A stretch of DNA of 64,000 nucleotides. Source: Terriglobia bacterium (lineage in GTDB: Bacteria > Acidobacteriota > Terriglobia > 20CM-2-55-15). Positions 48,943 to 59,162 of the stretch are shown here, in pieces. Below the pieces are notes generated by a model. That model saw only the letters and a program-made list of their open reading frames with translations, did not search any database and was not told the DNA's origin. Within the stretch, counting starts at the first letter, position 1. Every line of letters begins with the position of its first letter. Location: assembly GCA_965218585.1 (NCBI GenBank), contig CBDCLE010000026.1, positions 160,001-224,000 on the forward strand, in the 5' to 3' direction. The translations under genes and the position numbers were made by a program.

Positions 48943-51819
48943 ATGCGTGCTGCTGACGCCGTGACGGCGGGTGAGTTCATCGCCAAGTGGCGGGCGTCGG
49001 AACTGAAGGAGCGCGCGGCTTCTCAGGAGCACTTCATCGACCTGTGTCGACTGCTGGTCGAGCCGACGCCAGCGGAGGCCGACCCGACGGGCGATCGCTA
49101 CTGCTTCGAACGTGGAGCGCGCAAGGACACAGGCGGCGACGGCTGGGCCGACGTGTGGAAGCGGCACTGCTTCGCATGGGAGTACAAGGGCAAGCGCAAG
49201 GATCTCGACACGGCTTTCAATCAGTTGCGACAGTATGCGCTGGCGCTGGAAAACCCGCCCCTGCTTGTCGTCTCGGATATGGCGCGGTTCCGAATCCGCA
49301 CTAACTGGACGAACAGCGTGAGCGAGACGCATGAATTCACGCTCGACGATCTCGCGGACGGCGCAATCCGAGACAAGCTCAAATGGGTTATGTCTGACCC
49401 GGAGCGGCTGCGGCCGGGCGAGACGCGGCAGGCGGTAACCGAACGCGCGGCGACAACCTTCGCGGAGCTTGCGCAATCGCTGCGGAACCGGGGCCACGAT
49501 CCGCAAACGGTGGCGCATTTTGTCAACCGTCTCGTGTTCTGTATGTTCGCCGAGGATGTGGGCCTGCTGGCCGACAACATGTTCACCCGGATGCTGGAAC
49601 ATGCGCGGTGCCGGCCGGATGAGTTCGCCGCCCTGGCGCAGGACTTATTCGGAGCGATGTCCGCCGGCGGTCGGATCGGGTTCGAGGCGGTGGCATGGTT
49701 CAACGGCGGACTGTTCGACGACGATGCCGCCTTGCCTCTCGACAAGGCCGGGATCGAGACAACGCTCAAGGCGGCGGCGCTCGACTGGTCGGAGATCGAC
49801 CCTTCGATCCTGGGCACGCTGTTCGAGCGTGGGCTCGACCCGGACAAGCGTTCGCAGCTTGGCGCGCATTACACGGACCGCGACAAGATCATGCGGATCA
49901 TTGAGCCCGTGGTCGTCCGTCCCTGGCTCGCCGAATGGGAGTCGGCGAAGGTCGAGATCGCCGCCGAACTGAAACGGGCGGACGCCGCCCGATCGCGGCC
50001 CGCCCGCGCAAGACGACGCAAGGAGGCCGAACAGCAGTACCGGGCGTTTCTCAACCGACTGCGCGCGTTCACGGTGCTCGATCCGGCATGCGGCTCGGGC
50101 AACTTCCTCTACCTCGCCATACAGGCGCTCAAGGACCTGGAGCACCGGGTGCAGCTTGAGGCGGAGGCCTTGGGTTTCCAGCGCGCGTTCCCGGAAACCG
50201 GCCCGGCCAACGTCAAGGGCATCGAGATCAACCCGTACGCGGCCGAGCTAGCGCGCGTGTCAGTATGGATCGGAGAGATCCAATGGATGCGGCGCAACGG
50301 CTTCGCGGAAGCGCGCGACCCGATCCTGAAACCGCTCGACACCATCGAGTGCCGCGATGCGATCCTGACGCCGGAGGGCGGTGAGCCGGATTGGCCGGAG
50401 TCCGATGTCGTGATCGGCAACCCGCCCTTTCTTGGCGGAAAGCTTCTCAACACCAACCTTGGCGACGACTATGTATCGAGAGTTTTCAGTCTTTATGAAG
50501 GCCGCGTGCCAGCAGAGGCCGACCTCGTCTGCTACTGGTTCGTGAAGGCCGGCGAGCACGTGGGGGCGGGCAATGCGAAACGTGTGGGCCTTGTATCGAC
50601 CAACTCAATTCGTGGTGGGGCGAACCGGCGGGCGTTGCAGAACGCGATCGCTGATCGCCCAATATTCGAAGCATGGAGCGACGAACCTTGGGTGATCGAT
50701 GGCACGGCAGTGCGCGTTTCCATAGTGTGTTTCTCGCGACAGGAGGCCGGGGCGGTGCTGGAAAGACGGCTCGATGGCCAGCCTGTGGATGCCGTCCACG
50801 CCGATCTGACCGCGCTGCGCGGTGGGGCTGGCGTGGATTTGACGGTAGCACAACGTCTTGAACGGAACATCGGCGTCGCGTTCATGGGCGACACGAAGGG
50901 TGGCGCGTTCGACGTGTCGGGGACCCAAGCACGCCAATGGCTCTGCCTGCCGGCAAACCCAAACGGTCGGACCAATGCCGACGTTCTGAAACCGTGGATC
51001 AACGGAATAGCCCTCACCCGGCGGCCGGCAGATAAGTGGATTGTCGATTTCGGGTGGACAATATCAGAGCGCGATGCGGCTCTCTACGAAGAGCCGTTTC
51101 GGTGGGTGCGGGAACGTGTCTACCTGAAGCGGCAGGAAAACCGCCGCGAATCCTATCGCGACCAGTGGTGGCGGCATGTCGAGCCGAGACAGGGCATGTG
51201 GCGGGCTCTCGATGACCTGCCGCGCTTTATTGCCACACCCACCGTCGCCAAGCACCGGTTGTTCGTCTGGTGCGATGCGCGCATCTGTCCCGACCATGCC
51301 CTGATCGTCGTCGCGCGCGACGACGACACGATGTTCGGCATCCTGCACAGCCGATTTCACGAGGCGTGGTCGTTGCGGCTCGGCACATGGCTTGGTAAGG
51401 GCAACGATCCCCGCTACACCCCAACCACGACCTTCGAAACCTTCCCCTTCCCGGACGGCCTCTCTCCCGATATTCCCGACGACGACTATGCGAACGACCC
51501 CCGCGCTGTTGCCATAGCCGCGGCCGCGCGGCGACTTGTCGAACTCCGCGACCGCTGGCTCAACCCGCCCGAATGGGTGGAATGGGTGGACGAGCCGGTT
51601 CCCGGCTATCCCAAGCGCCCGGTTCCCCGTGACGAGGAGGCCGCGAAGGTGCTCAGGACGCGTACGCTGACGAGCCTCTACAACACCCGCCCGCAATGGC
51701 TCGCGGACGCACATGCGGCCCTGGATGCTTCGGTCGCGGCCGCCTACGGTTGGCCGGCCGACATCCTCGATGACGAGGCCCTCCGCGAACTGCATGCGCT
51801 TAACTTGGCGGGTGGCTGA
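48943..51819 (+). CDS. Type IIG/IIL (MmeI-like) restriction-modification enzyme
   Basis: N-terminal AD..EYK nuclease motif; GAHYT; DPACGSGNF; NPPF; C-terminal TRD. Confidence 0.9.
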   Translation: MRAADAVTAGEFIAKWRASELKERAASQEHFIDLCRLLVEPTPAEADPTGDRYCFERGARKDTGGDGWADVWKRHCFAWEYKGKRKDLDTAFNQLRQYALALENPPLLVVSDMARFRIRTNWTNSVSETHEFTLDDLADGAIRDKLKWVMSDPERLRPGETRQAVTERAATTFAELAQSLRNRGHDPQTVAHFVNRLVFCMFAEDVGLLADNMFTRMLEHARCRPDEFAALAQDLFGAMSAGGRIGFEAVAWFNGGLFDDDAALPLDKAGIETTLKAAALDWSEIDPSILGTLFERGLDPDKRSQLGAHYTDRDKIMRIIEPVVVRPWLAEWESAKVEIAAELKRADAARSRPARARRRKEAEQQYRAFLNRLRAFTVLDPACGSGNFLYLAIQALKDLEHRVQLEAEALGFQRAFPETGPANVKGIEINPYAAELARVSVWIGEIQWMRRNGFAEARDPILKPLDTIECRDAILTPEGGEPDWPESDVVIGNPPFLGGKLLNTNLGDDYVSRVFSLYEGRVPAEADLVCYWFVKAGEHVGAGNAKRVGLVSTNSIRGGANRRALQNAIADRPIFEAWSDEPWVIDGTAVRVSIVCFSRQEAGAVLERRLDGQPVDAVHADLTALRGGAGVDLTVAQRLERNIGVAFMGDTKGGAFDVSGTQARQWLCLPANPNGRTNADVLKPWINGIALTRRPADKWIVDFGWTISERDAALYEEPFRWVRERVYLKRQENRRESYRDQWWRHVEPRQGMWRALDDLPRFIATPTVAKHRLFVWCDARICPDHALIVVARDDDTMFGILHSRFHEAWSLRLGTWLGKGNDPRYTPTTTFETFPFPDGLSPDIPDDDYANDPRAVAIAAAARRLVELRDRWLNPPEWVEWVDEPVPGYPKRPVPRDEEAAKVLRTRTLTSLYNTRPQWLADAHAALDASVAAAYGWPADILDDEALRELHALNLAGG

Positions 51820-51849
51820 TAAATTGGAGAAAAGAACCCGTAGGGAGAG

Positions 51850-53175
51850 ATGATGCGTTCGGATAGCCCGCCCAGAAAGACAAATGACCCAATCTTCCTT
51901 GAGGATATCAGTATTACCCACATAGCAGGTCAACGTTTAGCGGAACCCTGCGCGGCCAGCGTCGTCCTTCATCTGTCTCCAAAAATAATGTGCCGCATAG
52001 AATCAGACAATCTCCCCAAATCTTTGGTGAATTTACAGCATGACGCTTTCTTGATAACCACACAAAATGGTTGTAAGGCCAAAGTATTTCTTCGATATAA
52101 CCCAAACGACCTCATGTCTTTACGTGAATCATTAAGGGGTTTTCTCGTTCCGTATAAATCGCCCTGCACGGTAATTCATTCTGATATTCGACTTAGATCT
52201 GTAAGTTTCGGCGTGCTGAATTTCCCGAGATTTTATGGCCGGAAAGACAAATGGATTGATATGAATGAAATGCGTCGCCGATTAGGCGTCGCTGAAATGA
52301 AAGATGATGGCTTGATGATTGAAATTACAGAGGATCCAAGTCTTTCTGAAAACACGAAGTCACTACAGACAGATGATGGTTATGCTGTAACCCATACAGG
52401 GCTCATCCGGCGTTATGACGGTGAAAATTTTTGCGTGAAGGAAGCGGAAAACATTTTGCGTAGGCTGCGAGCTTTCCTCTCATTCGCTCGCGGCTCGGCG
52501 TGCGGCGTGACACTCGTCAAGGCGGTCGATCAAAACGGTAGTGAAATGATCCTGGAATGGGGAACCACGCATACCGAACCCTGGAGTAAGGGAAATGACA
52601 CATGGATGCCGACAAAAGATGGAGGGGATACTCTTTCCCCATTGTTCCCCGGATTCTGGAAGTTGTGCAATGACCAAGATTGGAGAGAAACGCTATTTGA
52701 TACCATTGATTGGTACCTCAATAGTAAGAATGGTCCTTTTCATGTAGGAATCATTCTGGCCGAAGCTGCCCTTGAATCCCTGTGCTATAAAATTACATCG
52801 GCAAAAGGAAAGGGTGTTGCGGGAAGAGATGTGCCCAAGGCACTACGCAAAGTTGGACTTTGCACAAAAATACCTCCATCGTGTAGGGAATTGAAGAGAT
52901 TTTCCGAAGAACATTCTCAGTTCAGCGACGAGGGGCCGAAGGCAATTGCAGATGTTCGCAACGATCTTGTTCATGCCAATAAGAAATTTAGCTACATTTC
53001 GGCGGAGGCCCAAATGGATGCTTTACGCCTAGCTCAGTGGTACATAGAATTGATCTTGCTCAAACAATTTGATTACCACGGGCGTTATAGAAACCGACTA
53101 ACGATTGTTGGCGAGAATCCGTTTACAAACGTACCTTGGGCAAATGGAAATCTCGAAACGTCGGCTACGAAGTGA
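51850..53175 (+). CDS. Hypothetical protein with C-terminal HEPN-like motif
   Basis: RNDLVH (Rx4H) preceded by AALE; visibly AT-richer than flanks. Confidence 0.65.
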   Translation: MMRSDSPPRKTNDPIFLEDISITHIAGQRLAEPCAASVVLHLSPKIMCRIESDNLPKSLVNLQHDAFLITTQNGCKAKVFLRYNPNDLMSLRESLRGFLVPYKSPCTVIHSDIRLRSVSFGVLNFPRFYGRKDKWIDMNEMRRRLGVAEMKDDGLMIEITEDPSLSENTKSLQTDDGYAVTHTGLIRRYDGENFCVKEAENILRRLRAFLSFARGSACGVTLVKAVDQNGSEMILEWGTTHTEPWSKGNDTWMPTKDGGDTLSPLFPGFWKLCNDQDWRETLFDTIDWYLNSKNGPFHVGIILAEAALESLCYKITSAKGKGVAGRDVPKALRKVGLCTKIPPSCRELKRFSEEHSQFSDEGPKAIADVRNDLVHANKKFSYISAEAQMDALRLAQWYIELILLKQFDYHGRYRNRLTIVGENPFTNVPWANGNLETSATK

Positions 53176-53405
53176 TGTGTTAACCCATCATCATCGCATT
53201 GTCTCCGATGTCGAACTCCAGGTGCTCGCGGCGTGCCCCCAGCCGGTCCGGTAGTCGCCTCGGCGTTCCGACAGCCCGAGCCACGGCGTACCGGTGAACC
53301 GTCCGCCGAACGCTGGCAAGCCGCCACCGGCCCGCACTTCGAGTCGGTGGCTGGGTGCGGCGTGATAGTCGGCGACGGCCCCGCCGATCTCCGCCCGTGT
53401 TCTCC

Positions 53406-53648
53406 TTAGGGCTCCGAGTCCTTTGGTGCCGTCCCTTGGGCCAGGAACTCCGCCCATTGCTCCATCAAGGTCCGCCGACGTTCAAAGAGGTCCGAGCGGG
53501 CATAGGCCGCTTCCACCTGGTTGCGGACCACGTGCGACAACGCCGCCTCCATGACCGCATGGGGCGCGTCGGTCGATTCGGCCGCCCAGTCGCGAAAGCT
53601 CGACCGAAACCCATGGGGCACGGCCGGGATTCCCAACTCCCGAAGCAA
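53406..53648 (-). pseudogene. C-terminal fragment of a second P4-like integrase
   Basis: HGFRSSFRDW..ALSH..AYARSDLFERRR, similar to the 28293 integrase. Confidence 0.85.
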
Positions 53649-53736
53649 ACGGCGCTGAACTGTACAGGACGATATGCTGTTGATAGAAATATAGCTTATG
53701 GATATTGTTGGATATCATAGAATCCTATAGTGGCGG

Positions 53737-53836
53737 ACACTTCCTCCTTCATCGATCCTCCTTCAGATCGTTTCGATCCCGAAAGTGTCTCTTAGTTTTT
53801 CAGTGGATTCTGTGCGAAACGTTCTGACGGGCTACA
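53737..53836. repeat. ~100-bp repeat, copy 2
   Basis: Direct repeat of 43489-43586. Confidence 0.8.
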
Positions 53837-53962
53837 CGTCATAGCTGGCCTCTTAGCTGGCGTCTTAGCCTTGGTGGCGTTGATCTACCACTACTTCTTC
53901 AACTGAGGTGTCGGGCGGTACCGGACTGCCCCCAGCCCTTATACTCGATACTGTCTCACGAA

Positions 53963-54180
53963 TGTCGATCGCATCATCGAGTTAAGAGACGGGACGTTGA
54001 AATCTGCGAGCTTTGCTAAGGACCTCAGCGGTCAGCCGAAGAAGGCTCGGTCGGCATGAGCAATGTCTTGCGCGCCGAAAAAAGAGAACAAGTTATTGCA
54101 TTGGGGCGGCTTAGATGGCCGCTGCGACGGATCGAAGAGGCGACCGGAGTGAGCCGGGAGACGACCGGGCGTATCTGAGG
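53963..54180 (+). pseudogene. IS21-like left end with IstA N-terminal fragment
   Basis: TG start; ATG at 54056 gives MSNVLRAEKREQVIALGRLRWPLRRIEEATGVSRET. Confidence 0.6.
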
Positions 54181-54224
54181 GTACTGTCAATCCGATTCTG
54201 TTCGTACAACGATCCTTGTAATGT

Positions 54225-55746
54225 TGAAGTGCTCCCCAAAATTCGGACAGGTCGCTAAGGTGTAAAATCGCTGCCTCGGGAGAGGCAGATGAAGAAGCGA
54301 CAGCGGAAGCAATACAGCGCAGATCTGAAGGCAAAGATCGCCGGCGAGGCGGTCAAGGGACAGAGAACGATCCAGGAGATCGGGTCGCACTACGAAGTGC
54401 ATCCGACGATGGTCACGAATTGGAAGAAGAAGTTGCTAGAGGGAGCATCGAAGATTTTCTCGAATGGCCAGGTGCAGGCTGGCGAAGCCGATGAACAGTT
54501 ACGGGCTGAACTGTATCAGCAGATCGGCAAGTTGCAGGTCGAGGTGGACTGGCTCAAAAAAAGTCCAGACTTTCTCGTTAGGTGAACGACGGTCATGGAT
54601 CAAATCGAACGACACGGAACTGAGCATCGTCGAGCAGTGCCGGTTGACCGGAGCGTCCCGGTCTGGCTTGTACTACACACCCGTGGGCGAGAGTGTCTGG
54701 AACCTCGAGTTGATGCGGCTGCTCGACGAGCAGTACACGCGGACACCGTTCTACGGCGTTCGGCGGATGACCAATTGGTTGGAGAAGCAAGGCCATCCGG
54801 TCAATGCGAAACGAGTGCGGCGACTGATGCGGCACATGGGATTGGAAGCGATCTATCCGAAACCGCGATTGTCGATGCCGGCACCAGGACATCGGATCTA
54901 TCCGTACCGGCTGCGGGGGCTGCGGATCGATCGCCCGAACTTCGTCTGGGCAACCGACATCACGTACGTCCGACTGCGTCAGGGCTTCATTTATCTGGTG
55001 GCGATCATGGACTGGTTCAGCCGGTACGTGCTGTCCTGGGAAGTGTCGGTATCGATGGACAGCGCCTTCTGCGTGTCGGCACTGGACTGGGCTTTAAAGG
55101 ACGCCCAACCGGAGATCTTCAACACGGATCAGGGAGCACAGTTCACCAGCGAGGTGTTCACCCGCCGACTGGACGACCATGGCATCACGATCAGCATGGA
55201 CGGTCGGGGGCGAGCAATGGACAACATCTTCGTCGAACGTCTGTGGCGTACGGTGAAGTACGAAGAAATCTATCTGAAGGATTACCTGAGTGCTCCCGAA
55301 GCCATCTCGAATCTGAATTCCTATTTTCGGTTCTACAATCAGGAGCGCGGTCATCAGGTCTTCGACTATCGAACGCCGGAGGCCGTGTACTTTCAGAGTG
55401 CGACGAGCGCGCCATCGGTCACCGAACGGGCCGTGTCTCAGGTCGTCCTCGACGACGATCGTCGCTCATAGACAATCCTCGCGCGACTTTTTCCGTGGAA
55501 ATCTATGCCGAGAGCGGACAGGAGCGAAACACGAGAACGAATGAACGACAGTCCAGGCCTGTGGAAACTGCCGCCGCTGTGGAAATCCTCGGAAGGATTC
55601 CCACAGCGGCTTGAAAACAGCCTCGCAGGCTCGGCTTTTTCACAGTTCCCACAGGCCCGGCGACGGGTCCAATATCAACCCATTTCAACGGCAGCGATCC
55701 ACCTTAAGACCCGGGATTTTCTGTCCGAAGAATGGGGAGCACCTCC
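54225..55746 (+). mobile_element. IS3-family element (orfA 54289-54585, orfB ending at 55471)
   Basis: Imperfect 26-bp TIRs; A7G slippery site at 54556-54563; WATDIT, NTDQG and VERLW motifs. Confidence 0.93.
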
Positions 55747-56003
55747 CATCTCCCGGGTTGGCAATTGGATTCCGAAACCAACTACGCTATTGACGGGCTA
55801 CGGTCGGCGTTCAACTCAAATCTCATACTGGAGTCGTTTGGGTGAAGTTAGCCGTACAAAAGCGAAACTACTCACGTGGGTTAAATCGTGGGTCAAAAGC
55901 AGATTCTATATTATAAGTCATTATTTTTCAGTATATTAGAAGTTAAGTATTAATTCCGCCGCCTCCATTCACAAGGATTCAATAAGAATCCGATAGAGAC
56001 CAG

Positions 56004-56033
56004 AGCCCGCTTAAAGGCGGGCTTTGTCTTTTT
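56004..56033 (+). terminator. Intrinsic terminator just beyond attR (probably the displaced ssrA terminator)
   Basis: AGCCCGC-TTAAAG-GCGGGCT followed by a T-rich tract. Confidence 0.75.
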
Positions 56034-56151
56034 GACATGAATAGGCGAACCAATCGCCTATTTGATTGCGATGAATTCCCTCCTCACTTAACATTCACCG
56101 AGCCTTGCCTTCGAGGTGTACGGTCGGGTCACTCCAGAACAGGGAGCCAAA

Positions 56152-58209
56152 ATGAATTTGTCTCGACGGGAATTCCTGAAGTTATTTCCACAGACTGCGG
56201 GTTGTTTCGTAGCAACCGCTTCGATGATTTCGTTGTCAGCCTGCACCACACCCCGAACAGCCACCAGCGCGTACAGGTTTCCTCAGGGTGTCGCATCCGG
56301 CGACCCGTCTCCCGAGAGCGTAGTGTTCTGGACTCGGAGTGTGTCCAACGATGGCGCCGTCGGAGCTATTGACCTCAAGCTCCAGGTCGCCAGAGACGAG
56401 ATGTTCTCGGACTTAATTCTGGAAAAGGACCTCGTAGCAGAATCGCAACTGGACTACACCGTCCGTTGCTTTGTCGATGGGCTCGACGCGGATCGGCATT
56501 ACTTCTACCGGTTCCTCGCACCGGACGATACAGCTAGCCGGGTGGGTCGGACACGAACGGCTCCTGCGGACGACTCCGAAGCGCCTCTGGTCACGGCTGT
56601 ATGCTCGTGTCAGAACTACTCCCAGGGGTTTTTCGGCGCTTATCGCCGGCTGCTCAGGGATGATGAGGCTGCGCCTGACGGTCGAAAGCTCGATCTGATC
56701 ATCCACGTTGGCGATTTCATTTACGAGCGCGAACAGCTTGTGGAAATCGATCTCCCGAACCGTGATGGCACGCCGAGGGTTCTCGGTGATTTCCCGTCTG
56801 GAGCGCCTGCGGCCGTTACGCTTGATGACTACCGTCATCTGTACCGCCTTTATCTGTCGGATCCAGATCTGCAGGAAGCCAGAGCTCGCTTCCCGTGGAT
56901 CAATACTTGGGACGACCACGAAGTCGCCAACGACTATTGGCAGGGGTTTACTCAGTCGGGTGAGCCCATGCAGAGACGGAAGGTTGCAGCAAACGCGGCA
57001 TGGTTCGAGTTCATGCCGGCGGCTCTCACCTTCGCCCGGCCCGGTCCCGCCGGATTCAATCCTGCCGTTGATTTCGTCACTCCCGAAGTCCAGGACGCAC
57101 CGGGAACAGATTTCGATGAAGACTACCTGGGTCAAGAGACCAACAACATGGCAGCCATCGGGTCGATGACGATTTACAGGAGCCTCGGGTGGGGCAGGCT
57201 CGTAGATCTCTTTGCGGTTGACGGACGGAGCTATCGGGGACCGAGGGGGGTCGACCCGGAAATCCTGGCAACGGAAGAATATCCCGATGCCCCGCTGCCG
57301 GCCGAACTCGTCAAGACCCTGAATGCTGGACGAACCGCGAACAACGGCACCCCCCCGGAAACGGTCGAACTTCAGGGCAATCGGGTTCCCAATAGTCGCA
57401 GGGACTCACCCCGGGGGTCATTGCTAGGTGCCGAACAGAAAGCATGGCTGAAGGAATCACTCGAACAAAGTCAGGCCCGATGGAAGGTGATCTGCAACGA
57501 CGTGCCCATGATGCGTTTCGGATTCGACATGAACTTTCGAGAAACAGGACGCGTGGACGATCTGTGGTGGTCCGACAGTTGGGACGGATATCCCCTCGAA
57601 CGCAACGAGCTCATGAGTTTCCTCAGAGACAGCGGAATTACGAACGTCGTTTCGGTGACCGGAGACCGCCATGCCCATTTTGCAGGTCTTGTCTACGACG
57701 ACTTCGACAGCCCGGAACCCGCAGCAGTGATTCCGGAGTTTGCCTGTGCCGGCATCAGTGCCAACTGCAGGCTGAGACTCCAGCAGACCCTTACAAGCTC
57801 GGATCCCGAACTCGACCGGTTGGTCCATTTCAACGGCGCCGAATTCGGCTTTAGTGAAGTCTTGATGCCGGCGATGAACGCGTGGTTACTCTTTGGTGCT
57901 GAATCTGCCGGTCGGTTGCATGATACCGGAGAGGCGGATCAAGCGATGGAGGCACTCAACCCGAGGGTCAACGCGCACCTCACGTACGCGGACACCGAAG
58001 CCTACGGTTACTTTGTGGCGCGCTTCTCCGATGCGGCCCTTGAAGTCGAGTTTGTGACCGTTGGCCGGCCCACGGAAGATTTCGGTGAAGATGGACCGTC
58101 GGCTCTGCGTCGGGTACGGTTCGGCGTGCCCGCCTGGTCCGAAGGAGAGGGCCCCCGGCTCGAGCGAGCCGGGATCGACGGAACTCCGCCGCTGATGGGA
58201 CTCAAATAA
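56152..58209 (+). CDS. phoD: Alkaline phosphatase D family protein, Tat-exported
   Basis: SRREFLK Tat motif; FPQGVASGDP, GDFIYE, WDDHE, WDGY and TGDRH motifs. Confidence 0.93.
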   Translation: MNLSRREFLKLFPQTAGCFVATASMISLSACTTPRTATSAYRFPQGVASGDPSPESVVFWTRSVSNDGAVGAIDLKLQVARDEMFSDLILEKDLVAESQLDYTVRCFVDGLDADRHYFYRFLAPDDTASRVGRTRTAPADDSEAPLVTAVCSCQNYSQGFFGAYRRLLRDDEAAPDGRKLDLIIHVGDFIYEREQLVEIDLPNRDGTPRVLGDFPSGAPAAVTLDDYRHLYRLYLSDPDLQEARARFPWINTWDDHEVANDYWQGFTQSGEPMQRRKVAANAAWFEFMPAALTFARPGPAGFNPAVDFVTPEVQDAPGTDFDEDYLGQETNNMAAIGSMTIYRSLGWGRLVDLFAVDGRSYRGPRGVDPEILATEEYPDAPLPAELVKTLNAGRTANNGTPPETVELQGNRVPNSRRDSPRGSLLGAEQKAWLKESLEQSQARWKVICNDVPMMRFGFDMNFRETGRVDDLWWSDSWDGYPLERNELMSFLRDSGITNVVSVTGDRHAHFAGLVYDDFDSPEPAAVIPEFACAGISANCRLRLQQTLTSSDPELDRLVHFNGAEFGFSEVLMPAMNAWLLFGAESAGRLHDTGEADQAMEALNPRVNAHLTYADTEAYGYFVARFSDAALEVEFVTVGRPTEDFGEDGPSALRRVRFGVPAWSEGEGPRLERAGIDGTPPLMGLK

Positions 58210-58246
58210 GGGATCGTTTCCTAGTAACGCCGGTCTCCCAGCCTGC

Positions 58247-59158
58247 CTACTCTCCAGCCATCTGGAAACAGCTTTCGTGGAACGACATTATCTCGTCTCC
58301 GGCTTTCTCGTAGATCATTTCCGGGTCATGCCCAACGTCGGGGATGATACGCCTTTCGAACGGAATTTCGAGCGATTCGAGATGGCCCATCCACTCAAGA
58401 TTCGCCTGATAGTTCATGCCGTCGGCCCCAACCACGACGAGAATCTCGAGTCGAGGATTGCTATCCGAGGCGGCATATTCCTCTGCAAGGTCCCACGAGT
58501 TGTAACCCGGATCGAGCACGATACCGGCCGCCGGCCCTCCTAGGCGGCCACCGTTCTCTGAGGCTCTTTTTTCTTGCTGATGACCACCGGCAAGCGGCAC
58601 CGCCGAGCAGAACAACTCCGGATGCCTGAACATGTCCCGCGCCGCCCCCCGGCCACCGGAGGAAAACCCTTCGATGCCGCGGCCGGCGCGACTCGATATC
58701 GTTCTGTATTTCGTATCGATCAGCGGAATGAGTTCCTCCACAAATGTCGTTTCCGCAAGGGAATCCCCATAGTCATAGTGTGCGGGAGCCCCGCCGTTGG
58801 GAAACACGTAGATCATCGAACCCACGTCGCCGGATTGAATCCGGGCATCGATCAGGCTCGCCATGTCGACATCCGCGGGATCAAGCATCCGTGCCTCGTT
58901 GCCGAACCCCCCGTGGAGAAAATAGACGACAGGATAGCGCCGATCCTGATTGGAAGGATCTTCATAGCCAGGCGGCAAGTAAATCCCGTATCCGACATCT
59001 ACGTCCATAACCGCACTGTGATAAGTGTGGTGGCTAACCCTCTCGTGTACCGTGTCGGGCAACGGGTTCACCCAACTGGGTTCTCCCCGCTGCGCCAGGG
59101 CCGTGGTGACGGGAAAGACGATAAGGAGGAAGAGGGCACAAGATCGGGCAATCTTCAT
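58247..59158 (-). CDS. Secreted alpha/beta-hydrolase esterase
   Basis: YPVVYFLHG; GFSSGG; signal peptide. Confidence 0.88.
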   Translation of the reverse strand: MKIARSCALFLLIVFPVTTALAQRGEPSWVNPLPDTVHERVSHHTYHSAVMDVDVGYGIYLPPGYEDPSNQDRRYPVVYFLHGGFGNEARMLDPADVDMASLIDARIQSGDVGSMIYVFPNGGAPAHYDYGDSLAETTFVEELIPLIDTKYRTISSRAGRGIEGFSSGGRGAARDMFRHPELFCSAVPLAGGHQQEKRASENGGRLGGPAAGIVLDPGYNSWDLAEEYAASDSNPRLEILVVVGADGMNYQANLEWMGHLESLEIPFERRIIPDVGHDPEMIYEKAGDEIMSFHESCFQMAGE

Positions 59159-59162
59159 CTCT

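Larger units (their letters stand above)
28124..55968. mobile_element. ssrA-integrated genomic (defence) island, ~27.8 kb
   Basis: attL ATTCCCGCCGCCTCCAT (28124-28140); attR ATT-CCGCCGCCTCCAT (55953-55968); integrase next to attL; AT-rich ends. Confidence 0.92.

Noticed and set aside
28293-55968. Prophage or complete ICE
   Set aside because: No capsid, terminase or tail genes, and no VirB4 or mating-pair genes seen
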